A DNA stretch of 62,101 nt, filler included, from Choristocarpus tenellus KU-1152 (lineage: Eukaryota > Protista > Phaeophyceae): the NCBI GenBank assembly GCA_964200185.2. It is 14 parts of 14 records of this genome, joined end to end, with 100 filler letters (N's around TTAATTAATTAA, not from the genome) between each part and the next. Parts side by side here need not be neighbours in the genome. Positions count along the whole stretch, not along the records: positions 33,581 to 36,899 come from CAXNAD020020834.1; positions 37,000 to 41,832 come from CAXNAD020012884.1; positions 41,933 to 46,097 come from CAXNAD020015887.1; positions 46,198 to 49,898 come from CAXNAD020018431.1; 10 more parts are not named here. The stretch is one strand, 5' to 3'. Of this stretch, positions 35,508 to 49,998 are shown in pieces (within the stretch, counting starts at the first letter, position 1; the number at the start of each line of letters is the position of its first letter). The notes under the pieces were generated by a model that worked only from the letters and a program-made list of their open reading frames with translations, did no database searches and was not told where the DNA came from. The position numbers were made by a program, and so were the translations under genes.

Positions 35508-37754
35508 GGGGAATAGAAGAGCAATGAGAAGGGTGATATTGAAAGCTGCTTCTACATGTCATTGTATGTTGATAATGTTTTGATGCTAAGGGATCAGGCG
35601 TTGGCGCACAAGATGGATCGCAGATATACAACACATTCGGAATAGGGAGGAGCGCTGAGAAGTATTAAAAATATATGGACAATTTAACCCTCAACCCCTC
35701 TCCTTTGCCGGGAACCTTGCATTAAAAGTCTCTGTGTTGGTGGAATGGTATGACCGTGAAAGAAACCAATGATTGTATGTAGTATAATATAATACATACC
35801 GACAGAGGTATATACATGTATGACAGCATACCTTCTAACATCATACTGACTTGCCCAACTCCCCCAATATCTGGTTAGTAAGAATCTTGGGTTTGACCTC
35901 AAAATCTATAGCCTGACAATCTTGCAACTATACTCTAGAGTATTTGGTACTATGCTCCCTTGTCATCCTCTCCAATATAACTCTCAGGTTCCCGCCCATC
36001 AGAAACTCAACCCCTCCTTTCCACCGTTCCCGAACCTGTTCTACCCCCCTTCCTCCACCCTCACCCCAAATCACACAATCAAAATCAACAATACACACAC
36101 CACTTAGGACCGCACAGGGAATCATCACTAGACAGTAAACCCCATCCCACATCAACAGTGGAAAAAGGGGGAAAAAAAAGAGAAAAAAATTGAGTGCACA
36201 CCTTGGTCAACGTTACACTCAACACAATGTAATGCCCTTAAAAACACCAGTCCAAGACATACACAACACTGTGCAGAGCCTGCATCACTCTGGACCAGAT
36301 AATAAGCAACAGTGTGGAATGCCCTTAACACCCCGGTTGAAGACATACATATCTTATGTCACCACCTTCACGTAACACATGCTACGTCACAAAACAAAAT
36401 GTGATGTCGTAACACTGTGTTACGAGACAACAACACAGGTAGTGTTATGCGGTAACATAACATAACATAACAAGTTATTAAAACGAAGCAGAAAAAATCA
36501 CACTGTTTATCGAAAGACTTGTCAGACAGAAGTGCCCCTCAGTGATATATTCGGCAGCACCTGTTTCAATTTCAACTCTTGTACGGTGAGGACTGTAATG
36601 CGTGATAGCAAATCCAAATGCCCTATCGTTCCTTTTTCATTGATGTCGCCAATCTCATTCACATGCCCCTCATATATGCAACCAAGTACACTTGCTGTTA
36701 TGACATTTCACAGCACAAGCCATTACGTTACAACACAAAAATGTTATGGTGTAACACAAAAGGACAACACTATGTTACGCCCAAATCACTTCACAACAAA
36801 AACACACGCAACACTATGCAGCGCCCGTAACACTCTGAAAAAAAAAAACGTGCATACGTTACGCAACTGTCTTAAGAGGCCTTAACAAACACAGTGAATN
36901 NNNNNNNNNNNNNNNNNNNNNNNNNNNNNNNNNNNNNNNNNNNTTAATTAATTAANNNNNNNNNNNNNNNNNNNNNNNNNNNNNNNNNNNNNNNNNNNNG
37001 TATGTATGAACTTATATACGTATGTATGTATGTGCATGAGTATTTTGGACATGCCAGGAGAGGTGTGAGAATATGGGATGAGGCAGGCTGGGGCGGGGGA
37101 TGAGGATCAAGATATAAGTTACACATATAATAAGATGCAGCAACACAAAAGTCCCTTACTTGACATTACCAACATTACTCAATGAACAAAAAATGAGACA
37201 GAAATAGGCATTCATCTGATGTATAGGCCTAGGCACTATTAAAATGAAAAATAACTGGGAATGCAGCTCAGGTAAAAGAATGGGGTGCTACCAAGGATTA
37301 AGAGAGGGATGGGAGACAGAGAACATGAAGTGTGGGGGGGTGGGGGCATGTGTAAAGAGGTAGTTGTACAGTAGTATACGATCAAGAGTAGATAGATAAA
37401 ACACCATGAAAGGATCGAGCATTGACAGCGTTGTGTATATTTGGTTGAGTTAACGTTGGAACCAATGACACGTGCTCGAGGAAATTACTCGAAATTGTAG
37501 TAGACAGCCATGGCAACAACAATTGGCATGAAATATGAAGGGAAAATGGACTTGATTGTTCCAAGGACAACTACAAAAATTGTCAGCTGTATTTCGCCCA
37601 ATTTGTCAAAAGCCCACACACTATATTCTACTATCTAAGTCCACCCCGACCTAGCTTGCATACGTGTGCGTACTGAAATATTTCATCTTATCACTCTCAA
37701 CCAATCACACCTACATTCATTCCTATCAATACTCCAGCTCCAACATTAACTCAC

Positions 37755-38055
37755 CCCTCAGTGTTTCAATGACAGTATTCTCATCATTAGGATTGCTGAG
37801 ACCACCCTCCAGCTTTTGTATCAAGCCCAGGCACAGTCGACGAAGGTGCTTCAGAGAGTACTTATCCTCCTCATCACCACCCCCACTGCCTCTTCCCCCA
37901 CCACCCCTACTAATATTGCCACTGCCATGGCCACCCTTTGCACCCCCCCCACCCCAGCTTGTTTTTTCTGCTTTGTAAGAAACTGCTCTGCTCATTTGCT
38001 GTTGTCGCCCACCCCCACTAGGGTTTATCGGGGAGGGCTGGCGATTCCAGAACAT
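37755..38055 (-). CDS. CLEC16A: CLEC16A / TT9 / gop-1-like protein, first coding exon (start of the FPL domain)
   Basis: MFW...DKYSLKHLRRL...ENTVIETLR followed by a GTGAGT donor; resembles the family N-terminal FSLxxLxxL...VxETLR. Confidence 0.65.
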
Positions 38056-41000
38056 AAAGCGATGTGCTTCCTAAGGTGAAACCAATATGGGGTAGTCCAG
38101 GGCTAACCACAACAGACTGCGAACGTATAGGGTTGTGTGGTGAGGGGAAAAACAATTGCGGGAGGAAAGCAACAGGTGTGCATTGAATCTAGGTTGTCGG
38201 CGAAGTCGTGATTTACACAACCCTCGTCAGGCATCGTATTATTGACGAGAGGATGCCAAAGGGAGTTCAGGAGGAAGATGGGGTAGAAAGAAGTACTAAA
38301 ATCAGCACAATTTATAAAGAATGCGTAGGGAATGCAAAGGATCTGGGAATGGTTGAGTTAAGCTTAGTTGTCTTTGCTTCATGGGATTATTATGGACGGC
38401 GGTGGGCTCAATTGGCGCACAAAGTAAGCATATTTCAACAGCAAAAGATGCTATAGTGAGAAGGGAGCGATTGCATCATCGCTCAAGAAAGGGACTTCAC
38501 AGACTATAGGTCGAAAGAAATTGAGAGTATGTAGAAACGATGGTTAGGGAGGAAACAGGCCAATGGAAAAGGCACATCAAGAGAGCAAGGACGTAAAATT
38601 CTTCCAACTACCCATTATCACGGTCACGCCTTTCACTACATCTGGTTCATTCACCCCATGCGATAATTGGTCCTTGTCCGTACTTGTTCAAGTTGAAGTA
38701 TGATTTTCTCCATCGTCGTGTCTCTTTCCCGCTCGACATCATCCTGAATGGGCCAACCTATTTATGGGTCCCTGTGATACATTCTTGCGTGAACAGGTGC
38801 AACAAGTGCGTGACAAAGTACTTCCTATAATCTTGAATTGTCCCATTCATTTTTAAATCTATCACAGCCAACTCTTCTCCCTCCTACGTACTCTTCCCAA
38901 TACAAAATGGCTAGAAAACTTCCCTATAAAGTACCTCTGTTGCAAAACTACTCGGTCCTCTCTCATCAACATGCAAGCACTAATCAAATTGTATCGAGAC
39001 GTTCCCTTTCCCTCCACATGACAGACACATCGTGATACAAAGTACAGCAGTCGATTCTGGAAAGACCTTGTCAATCACCTTATCTGTAGAGGCTGGTGAC
39101 CTGCATTCTTCAGAACTCCTACAACTCAACACGCCAGAACTTGCATTTTAAAGTCTCAACTTGCACCTTGGGAGTTCAAAATCGCTGGGAAGCCGTTGTT
39201 GAGGATGGGGACCATCTTTCTTGATTAACAATTAAGGAGATTACTTACTTCCACAATGAATTTCGCGGGTTCGAACTCGTTCGACACGAACCTACGTTCT
39301 CACTAAAATTTGGTTCCGATTATTCGATTCCACCTGACAAGTAAAATGAATTAATGGATTGGTGCCTGCAGCACAAAAATCACCAGACCGAGGTCGACGT
39401 GATAACCGTCAAGGAAGGAAAAAGAGCGATGACTGGTGGGAGTCCTCAACACAACACACAAGAACCAAGGCAGGGACAGAGGCAAGCACAAAAACTAGTC
39501 ATAGTGGAACAGTTAGTAGTATTAATAGCAGTTATGAGAAGAAGTGTAGTGTGTAGCGTCAGTGACAATGGGCCAGATAATACCTAGATTAATACAAATG
39601 TGAAGAGGGAGGCAATGTGTATCATTCTCACACGAACATGATCAAAATAATGCTGGCAAACAAGGTCACTATTCTACCTCCAGGATTCCTCAATACGCAA
39701 CACAAGGGATGGACACTCGCACGACACCATGCCGGGTAAGTCATACTGCGCAGTAATTCGTTGGGGCTCCTCGCCGCCAACGCCTACTATATTCGCAACA
39801 AGAAAAAAAGGTCAACTTGCTCCACTTGGAGAATTGAACACCCTTCAAGTTTCCGCAACATAGTGTTCTACTTCGATCATCAAAAGTTGACTCTGGGTTT
39901 GAATCAGTTTGCGAGACTCTTCTTATATTCTTAGTGACTTGACTATTTTTATTGCAGACTCTGGACAACGTGTACGCCTTTCATAACAAAATATCAAGCC
40001 CATTTTTTTGTTGAAATCTTAAGCACAAAATGTTATGTGTTGCGTTTCAGACAGGACTTCTATGTGACAATACTTTTTATACTGAGTACGTTCTAGAACT
40101 ATATTTTGGGGGGGAACTAATTATTAGGAAAATTGCGAGAACGTTCGGAAATCTTGCTCGAATGGGGTTAAATACGTATATGAGGTGAAAGCTGAGGACA
40201 AGGGGTATCTAGTGGTACAAGTGTCTAGTATATGGAACCAAACCAATTGAGAAATAGACAGGGCTGCATTTTAAGGATCCCGAGAATGGACTAAAGGACG
40301 TCATTTTGTACAATTACAGAAATGACCTTCCCTGAATGGTTGGTGTCACCTCTTGTGTGGTAAAATCGAATATCAATTTTGCGTACACTACTGTGCACAT
40401 AAAGCAATGAAATAGAGTGTATTACACAGGGTAAGAGAGATAGCTTAGAATGCAAAGGGTCCAAATTTGCCTTCCTCTCAACTGTTTTGACTACGGATTT
40501 CGAGATTTTTGAAATGGAGTGGTAATCACACTCTACTGGAAAAAACAGCGAAAATCGAGGTTTTATCGCGCGAGGAAGCATATACTGGCAGGGAGCGTAC
40601 GTATATTATGACACTTGTGTGGGCATAGGCGGTTGTGTTGGAGGTGATATTGGACTCAAGAAATACAGAAAATACTGTCGGGATACCTGAGAATTTTGAA
40701 GCATTTGACACACTAGGCTCAAAAAGCAAAGACGGCACAGATATCTGATGGATTGTGCTCACTGCAGGCACTGAAAAATATGTACCCCCACATGTAACTT
40801 TGTGAGCCTGGCCTCCCCGGCCTAGTTATTCATTGATGCTTGGGTCAATGAAAAATTGAAGCATTGCAGTGTTTTACCCTCACGCGGACTCATATTTTCT
40901 ATAAATCTCTAGACGGGGCTGTCATCTCTCCACCCACCTTCATCCACATCTACCTACGAATTTACATAATTATCTTCTACATCCTCCTCGATCTCTACAA

Positions 41001-41932
41001 TCAGGGGATAAATGAGGTTCTCCTCCATCAACTCGCCCATTTTCCTCACTCATTTCCACGTTACATGTTCATCCAGGTATATTTGGCGGCTTCACTCAAA
41101 TGCAGCAACTCGGCCGCTGTCTTCTTCCCCATCACCGTATTTTACCCCTTGCCCATGTTCTTTTCGGGATTGGGTTTCCCTATGATCCGGCCTGTCGTGA
41201 AGTTCTCAGAACACCAGTTGGAATGCCTCTGCTCAGGATCACATGTATCTCATGAACAAATTTGAAGTGTGTCATTCTGAGGTCATGGGGCGCAACACAC
41301 TGTTCCCAGGTACGTCATGGAAGAAATCCATTGATTCATTGGATGTCATCATGCCAAAATTATTCTCAACCTGGTCAGACAATCCCTAAACTAACCTCTA
41401 AACGTATAGGCACCACTGTGCAACCGCTGCAGACGAAGAGTTTACCAGTGGAACGCCGGGATTCTGATCTTTCCAATGCAACATTCAGTTTCGATATATT
41501 GTGAGGATGGACTTGCACTTCGCCATGATCCATCCTGTTGAAAAGTCCCCAGAACCACAAATCGTGATACCCCTTTGCTAAATTCCAAACATATTGTAAA
41601 TGACTTCGAAGGGTGGGAAACCTTTACATAGTCCATGCTTGAAGGTTCCCAGGTAGCATATGGAAGGATTTGTTGCTTCTTTGAACGTTGTCTGGTCCAG
41701 ATGATAGCATCCCCGATATGATATCACCAAAACATACAGCTCCACTTCCACTTGGAACTGCGCAACCGCAAGGACTATCGTCCAGATGAAAGGTATACTG
41801 CAGAACGTCAGGCTCGAAGTATCTGGGGGGGGNNNNNNNNNNNNNNNNNNNNNNNNNNNNNNNNNNNNNNNNNNNNTTAATTAATTAANNNNNNNNNNNN
41901 NNNNNNNNNNNNNNNNNNNNNNNNNNNNNNNN

Positions 41933-42600
41933 GATCTGCTGATTGTGAGCTTGAATTCCAGAGGGGGGATCTGGCATGCTGGTTTCAGAGGTTCAGTTGA
42001 GGCCCAGGCGTTTGCCCCTTGTCCACACTGGCTCCGGTGGCGCGCTAGGGCTAATGAAGAGCTTTCCCTCCCTTGGTGTGCCTCATTTGGAAGGTCGGCC
42101 AGTTGTGTCCTGAAGGAGTCAAAACGGATCTTGTTGAGAAGGCGTGTGATCTCGTGTTGAACCCTCCTTGTTATCCTGGCGTCATGAGCTGCTAGGATGT
42201 GGACTTCTGGGGCAGGTGCAGGGGGTGCTGTTCCCCCCAGGTTACTCAGTCTTGGCCAATGATATCATCAAGGTTTTCAGAGGGGATACCTGTAGAAAGG
42301 AGGGTGTCAATGGACAACCCTAAAGCCTGTATTGTAAGGCTTGTACATCTTGTGAGAAGGACTTGCCATGAGGCCCTTGCTGCCTTGCTAGGGGGGTAGG
42401 GAGAGTAGCCACCATTGATCCTACGAAAGCCGCATGTTGGCGGTGTTTCATAGAGGAGAGGCCCAGACCTCCCGCACTTGTAGGCAGCTGTGCCTGTACT
42501 TGTTGGTGGGTCTCTAGGCAAGAGACTCATTGTTGCACCCTCCCTAAAAGAAATCTGTCGTCTCTGTCGCATTGACTATGTCCGTTATCCTCTCTAGTGT
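41933..42600 (-). mobile_element. Decayed RLE-type (CRE-like) non-LTR retrotransposon fragment
   Basis: Minus strand gives QLPTSAGGLGLSS and QGRESSSLALARHRSQCGQGANAWAST, matching the translation of 6605-6720. Confidence 0.7.
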
Positions 42601-44170
42601 CCATAGGGAGGTGTTGTCTGCTTGCTCCATTGTGGAGCGTGCCAGGAGGGGGGGAGTGATCCTCACAAGATAGCCATCATTGTACATTATATCCACCACA
42701 ATAAAAAGAGAGTTCTGTACCTTGCTACACCTCTGTTCAAGAACAAATTAAGCCAAGCCAATTGGTTCCATCCGAAATCAAGTGAATGTATGCCCAAATA
42801 GTTGCAACTTTGTACTATTAGGAATTCCTACTTAGATCACAGGTCCTATTTTATACTGTTTCAGAAACAGGTACAAACCCACTCCTTGTGATACAGTATG
42901 TATCGATCGTGAGAGGGAGTTGAGGGACAAAAACTACATCTTACAAAGAGCTGCATAAACTCACAAAAGTTCAGTTTGCTGTTCCTCATCTCTACAATGT
43001 GTATCGATTTATCCAATACTACTACGTAACATACTGTAGCCATGCATGGATGACGCGAAGCGGAGGGCAATCCACCACAACAAAAAAAGAACATTACACT
43101 GTTACACACTTTACAGGGCACACAAGTAATGGCCCGTGTATGCCATCAAGTGTAACAGCAACAATCTGCGAGGAAAACAGACAGCAAGAGACAATACGCG
43201 AAAAACGGAATTACGTACCAGTGCCGTACTTCAAAAAATCTCAACCACATCAAGAAGAACCGTCAGCTGGTACGTTTGTAGAGTTAAATACACTGCTGTC
43301 AACGATACAAAAGGGGGCTGCGTGAAGACATAGGTTGACACGTTGGATCCAGACATATACACAAGGAATCCCCTCTTCCCCCACCCACCCCCACAAGAGC
43401 ATTGGAGACAAGTACCGACTTGTGTTGCATCACATCCTGCATCCGGTAAAGACGCTACTCTCAATTTTGAGGCAAGAAGAGTCTAGGCAAAATATACAAT
43501 ACACACCCTTCTCGTACAGGTGCACATAGAGTGACACGCAAGGAACAGCAGCCATGCAAGGCCAAATCGAAACACACAACAGACATTAATTACATAGTAT
43601 GTATATATATATGTATTATGTATGTATGTGTGTGTGTGTGAAAAGGCATAATCAAAAATTGGCAGAAAGTAACTCAAAAGGTTGACTACAGTTGCTGAAC
43701 CAGGAGTAACTATTTTTCCCACATAAACTCCTGTCCAAATAGACAAGAGAGCAATGAGCGAGTCAGCACAGATAGCCAATTCACTGTTTTTTTCCTGCTA
43801 CGGATAATAGTAACATATCAACATCTTTCCAACAGCAGTCACACCATACACTATTCACAAATAGTGGGAATGCGCCTTCTAATGTCCAGATTTTGAACAG
43901 GGGAGATCAAGTATGAAAACTCAACAAGATCAAGTGAGGCAGCCAGCAATAGGGGGTGGGTAGCTCATATCTACATGCCCACGGTACCTGGGGGGACACT
44001 ACAATGTCAACTCGACGCCAACACCCTTGAGGTTGCTTCACAATGGGGACACACTCTTGAAGGGTCCCCCAATCGGACTGGCAACAGAAATAGAAAAAGA
44101 TAAAAGGTCAAGACAACACAAAAAAAGCAATGAAGATGTCACATCACCACCATCAAGAACCCCTTTCCTA

Positions 44171-46074
44171 CTACAAACCACTGTCAACATCTGGTCGAAC
44201 GTAACCTGGGTACGTAAGTACCCCCGACACCCCATGGACCACTCCGTTCACTGCATTCAGGTCAGGAACCACTACCTTTGCTACAAACGCCCCTAACGCC
44301 AGACTGAGTCTTCTGCCTCCCTCCCCTACCATCAAAGAACCTGGGCCCAAAAACACCTGGAAGGAATCCGTTTGCCCTATACCATTTCCACCTTCCCGTT
44401 GCCCAACCAAACCCAACCTCTTGTAGACATCTGTGGACGCCTCTGTCACAGTCTCTAAAGAGGGGGCTGCAGCTGCGATTTGGGTTGATATTTTGGTGAC
44501 CTTCGGCTTTCCTGCCCCCTTCCCACCATTCCGCATCCCCCGCCACCCTAGCATCCAGGAGAACCCCCCAAACCCAGTCCTCCCCTCTTCCCCATTCTCC
44601 ACATGACCCAGCAGCATTGTCTGCATCTCCACACCAGACAAAAACCTACTGCCAGCCAATGACTCCCTCTGTTCTTTGGTGCCATTTGCTAGAGAGGGAG
44701 TGAACAACTTTCCCGGCAACACCCCTCTATCCTCTGTTAGGGAAGTTGTATGTGTAGGGATCACTATATGGTAGAGGACCAGGGGTGCTAATTGACTGGG
44801 GTCGTCAACTGCAGAGGTTAGAAGATTCTCATGGCCAGGTACCAGTTCCAGGGCTTCTGAGACTGGGGCAAACACTGTGAAAGGGCCACCCAATGGATCG
44901 GACAGGAGGGGAGCAAGTCCTGCCTGCAAATTTCATTAATTTTGTCAGGGATCGGGGGATGGGGGATGGGGGAAGGGGGGATTTTGTAGGTACCGTGCAT
45001 GAAGTTGTGAGTTAGTTGGAATTGCCTGTCTACCACATGAAATAAGGTCAGGAAGCATTCAATGCAACCATGAAACCACTCACATATCAGTCGCATGTGT
45101 GTTGCGATTGAATGGTATCTACCACCAGGAATAATGATATAGTACATGTTGAAACACTTGTGGAGGGAGTGTTAAAATCGATAAATACCAAATTACGGGA
45201 CTGGCACGCTACAACAACAAAAAAACAAAAAAACAATGGAAAGGCCCAAAGGAACGGGGGCATGCGGGACAATGAGGTCGAAACTGGAGGATGAGAAATT
45301 TCCATCCAATGCTGTCAGTAGGGTGAGGACAATCACATGTGTACATTACAAATGAACACAACTGTTGATATCACCATGCAAGTACTTACTTACATGTCTG
45401 CTCAAAATGTAAACACCAGGAGGATCTGTGAGAGTCAATTTCAACAGTGGCATCATACTTGCACACTAAGACTGACAAAAAATGATCGCAAAATAAAATA
45501 TATACATGTATGTATATTTCACCCCTGGAGGCAATTAAAAACTAATATACAGCAGTAACTAGGGCTTATATTACATGCACTCTAATGGTGGAACATGAAA
45601 AAATCCTCTACAAACAACAATCACTCACACACACACACACACACATATATAGACCAAATAGATACAATAGGAACAAAACAATAAAAAACAAGAAGGCACT
45701 TTGCAACAAAAGCCCAAATAGGCTCATAAAGCTCCGATGTATAAGCACTGCAGTAACCTCCAGTGGATCGATAAACAAAAGCTCAGGCATCAGCATCACA
45801 TGGAGGTGGGAGGATAGGAGATTCTGTGCGCAGAGTGGGACCTAACCAAGGCCACCTACAAAAACGCCTCTCTGAATGCGAGAGCATGAGGTTCAGGACG
45901 GGAAGTAAGGGGGGTAGGTGGGTGAGTCACCTTCTCAATCCAATTTGCCCACTCTTTAGTGTCTGTTCGAGAGCATAGAAGTGAGAAGATGTCCATGGCT
46001 GGAGGCCTCAAGGACCCTGACAATTCGTGGACCCGTCCATTAAGTGCTGGGAGCCCACCGACAGGAGACAGGAC
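44171..46074 (-). CDS. Fasciclin (FAS1) multi-domain protein, last two exons 46074-45931 and 44923-44171 (5'-partial)
   Basis: NGRVHELSGSL (H2 of the preceding FAS1)...WIEK|AGL...GPFTVFAPVSEA (H1), LVLYHIV, DLNAVNGVVHGVSGVL (H2); phase-0 GT-AG intron. Confidence 0.88.
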
Positions 46075-47369
46075 CTGCTCAAGTCACACCAGGGAAGNNN
46101 NNNNNNNNNNNNNNNNNNNNNNNNNNNNNNNNNNNNNNNNNTTAATTAATTAANNNNNNNNNNNNNNNNNNNNNNNNNNNNNNNNNNNNNNNNNNNNCAT
46201 TTTCGGTCAAACCCATCCTCAATACTACACTCCATCCTCAATTTTTAAAATCCCCTGTTATATCGTCACATGTATATACTATTTATTTTTTATTTTTTTC
46301 CTTTCAACAAGGTTCATTTTTTTTTTCCAAGTCTTTAGCCGTACTAAGACCGGAACGTCCATACGTTACGCTGTTGAATTCTATATACACAAGTGTTTAA
46401 TGTTTAGTGTTGCAGCGAATTAGTTGTAATTTGATCACGATTTATTTGTGCGCTTTCTAGGAAGTCTCCTATTGTTTTCCCCCTCCTCATTGGAGATGAT
46501 GGTCCATACTTTTGCTTCATCTCCTTGATGGAGTTAAACAGAATTTCATGCTAAGACTAGCTAGTCCTTGCCCATGTCCTTTCATGTTGAAGACTTGACC
46601 AAACGTGGTCTCATCTGATCATCGAAATTGTGATATTTCCATGTGTCAGATGTGTTTTATTAGCTCACCCCTGATCAAGATGAAGTGGGACAGATTTGGT
46701 TGCCACCAGATCTATCTTTGTTACAAGTGCTAAGTTGTGAGGCGCCCTCACGCAATTTTTTTTTCTTCTGCATCTCATAAACATGAATGGTTTTGTGTAC
46801 ATAAATGTCATACCTAACAGCATTCCCTTGCTGAGAGACTGTCCCCTTTCTTTCAATGCTCATGTCAGCTTCTTTCTGCGCACGTACTTCCTTCATTTCC
46901 AATTGACACCTGTGTCGTCCTGGTACACGTATCAAGCCACATAGAGGGTGGGGTGATGTGATAGTCATCTTTCAACTAAGGTACACCTTTAAGGTGACCT
47001 TCCTTGAGAAGATACACTTCAAGGTCTGTTGCTTCATATGATATCAGCATTTCCTTGTTGAAGAAAATATCGGGTGGTTTGAGTAGACCTTACAAACCAC
47101 CCTCATTCACTTTTTTTCCTGTTCACTCCTCCCTGAGTGACCTTCTGAGCGATTACTCACCCTCCTGCCTTTTCTCTCTTCATTCCTGTGCGATCTTCCT
47201 GATCCCTTCAGTCTGAAGAACCTGTCTACCTGTTTCCATCTCTTCCATGCAACAACAATAATAATAACAATAACCAAAATAAAACAATAAATAGATTAAA
47301 TAATGACAACAATACAGCTAACACAAGAACAATAATGTTTTCATAATAATTAGTGAAACCAACACCTAA

Positions 47370-47745
47370 ACCACTCATCCACCAGCATTGGTGTAGCTGC
47401 TGCTGCAGTCGAGGCGCGAAAGCGCACCCACTATGAGGGCTCCTTCGATCCTCGTAGTTATAACCTCAACATCTTCGCAGTGGGAAGTTTTGGGCACCTC
47501 GGCAAGCAAGCGGAAGGCTTCCTGGATGAGTTGGCTACTCACATGGTAGGGGAGAGAGGAGCGGGAGGATATTGCAGGAAAGGAGTAGTTAAATCCCGGC
47601 TACGCCAAATTGTCTCGGTGACTACGCAAGAAGTGGCATTGTCTAGACGTGTCATGCGCTTTAAACTAGAGTCACCAGGGAGATGGGCACGAAGGAGTTT
47701 GTCAGATTCTTGGGATGCTTCCCTAGCTCCCCCCCCCTAGCTCCT
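47370..47745 (+). mobile_element. 5'-truncated 3' end of an RLE-type non-LTR retrotransposon
   Basis: GVAAAAVEARKRTHYEGSFDPRSYNLNIFAVGSFGHLGKQAEGFLDELATH...SRLRQIVSVTTQ; same family as 6017-7445. Confidence 0.78.
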
Positions 47746-47749
47746 CCTA

Positions 47750-47875
47750 AGAGCCGATTTCAAAAATTGAGGATGGAGCATTTCATTGAGGATGGGCTTG
47801 ACCCAAAATTGACTGGGATAAAGTGTCGATATGTTATTTTTTTAAAGACTATCCTCAATTTTTGAAATCGGCTGT
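47750..47875. mobile_element. MITE family C, 126 bp, TA-flanked (Tc1/mariner-Stowaway-like); fragments at about 8300-8350 and 46198-46258
   Basis: Perfect 23-bp inverted repeat AGCCGATTTCAAAAATTGAGGAT / ATCCTCAATTTTTGAAATCGGCT; TA on both sides. Confidence 0.75.
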
Positions 47876-49998
47876 TATTGTACAATAAATACCGATTATT
47901 TGAGTGTTTACCCGTTCTTCTTTCCCAAATTTACATATTTTCATGTATCTTGTGGGGCTAGAGTTAAGAAGAAATACTTCGTTAACAAATGTCTTCACAT
48001 CTAGTGACAATTTATTTTTCAGAGTTAATATTATTCCCAAATCTCTGACAAATCTCTGTAACCTCACTTCGCACGTACTCACCTACAACAGTTAGTAGTA
48101 GTACATCCTATTTTGGTTTTCAAATTTGACAGTTCACTCTTTCAGCCTTATGAATCAATGAGGGGAGGACCATAGTCAGTCTCTCTCTGGGTCCGTTGCT
48201 CTCTTAAGATTATGCTGGGGCACCCCTGTCAAACTGCCCACCCTTACTCACAACAAGAACCCTGGCAACATGTATTGGACCCTTTTGGGGGCAAATGATC
48301 ATTGCCATAGAGCGCCACAGAACAGTATTTGGATGAAATCAGAATCAACACAATTTGTTTGAAGGCTAAATAATAGCTGTCCTTTCTGGAGAGAACAGGG
48401 AAGGATTATGAGGTTTCTTTGGTTTAACCGGGACAGAGCCAAACATTCCTTGTCTACATCCATGCAAGAAAAAGCTGGTTTACCATAGGATAGCTGAATC
48501 GATGGCAGTTTCAAATTAGTTGTGCTTTGCACTACACAACAACAGAGCTTTCTCAGTTAGTTACTATCGTTTATTTTCTTGCAATGATGCAAAGATAAAA
48601 ATAAACTTGTTCACTTCCAGAGAATAGCTCACTATGACACCAACTCAACCATCAGGTAGCGAGCAGCGCCACCCCACCTCACTCATCAACACACCATCCA
48701 TCCCCTCATCTCTCAGGTAGACTCGCATTCTTGCATTCAAAGCACATGCAACAGGCGGAAGTTTCAATCTTCGCTCACCAGCCGCTACCCATAGTTTCCC
48801 ATGAGCACAAACAAAAAAGTGTATATGCCCTCTCTCCACCACCACCCCCGCCCCAGCTCATCATATTCAACCCTATCCTCATAAAGGATGGGACATGTGA
48901 CCTAGAATCTTTGTTGTGTTGCTGATCGCCACTGAACAGCAGAGCACTCACTGACACAGGTTCACACACATGCATGACAGCTAATGTCCAGTCACGATGG
49001 AGAGCATCGGGACTTACTCAATCACAGAGGGTGGAAAGCATGGCCACACAAGACTCAGGTGTAAATTCCTCATAGAGGCTACCCCTTCCTACTCACCCTT
49101 TCCCAGCACTCACAAAATCAAACAAACAATGCACCATTAGGTGGTACATATTTAAGAGAATGAGAAAAAGAAGAGATAATAAGTAAAACCCAACGACTCC
49201 TGATCCAATTACAACCAGATGCACATAATGGGGCATCCCAGGCTGTCTTTGACATATACGATATTGCTTCCAATCAACAAAAAGTCAGTGTGTCTACGCT
49301 ACCCCAGATCACCCACCATAATAACACCTTTTGAAATCTGAACTGACATGTGCGATCCCTCATATCCTCTGCCCTATCCTCTCCACAAGCAATGTACCAG
49401 CTTCTCGGGATAAGCTGATTCTAAACAAAAAAAATGCACCTGACAACCACCCCTCCCCACCCACCCCCTTCCCTCCCAGTACCCATCCCCTACTTCTCAC
49501 ACTGCCCGTTCACACAAAAGCCATGCCCATACTTGTCCTATTCCATAATACTACAGCGCCACACACACCTCCTGCACCCCATAAACAGACTGCTTTCCTC
49601 ACCACCAAACACTCCCCTCCCCTCCCCTCCTGGCTGCACATGCACATTCAGAGCCAGTCCACGAAATACAGTTGAAAGGGTTAGGGTTGATGGGGGGAAA
49701 AAAACGAAAAAGAAAACAAAACAGAGGCGAAGCAAAGCAAGAAAAAAAAATCGTTCTCCCTCCTCTCCCCCGAAGACCAGAAGAAATCTCATACAGAAGA
49801 AGGGTGCATTGCCCTGCATTGGTCTTGCAGCTTTAAGCTCTAGCTGATACCCCGCTTCCCCCCCCCCCCCAATCCCCACACCCTTTCCCCACTCATCCNN
49901 NNNNNNNNNNNNNNNNNNNNNNNNNNNNNNNNNNNNNNNNNNTTAATTAATTAANNNNNNNNNNNNNNNNNNNNNNNNNNNNNNNNNNNNNNNNNNNN

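Noticed and set aside
40864-41810. Decayed coding-like sequence (similarly 14590-15070, 46600-47250 and 56100-58550)
   Set aside because: Many stops and no motif I can assign reliably; probably old transposon debris, left unannotated.
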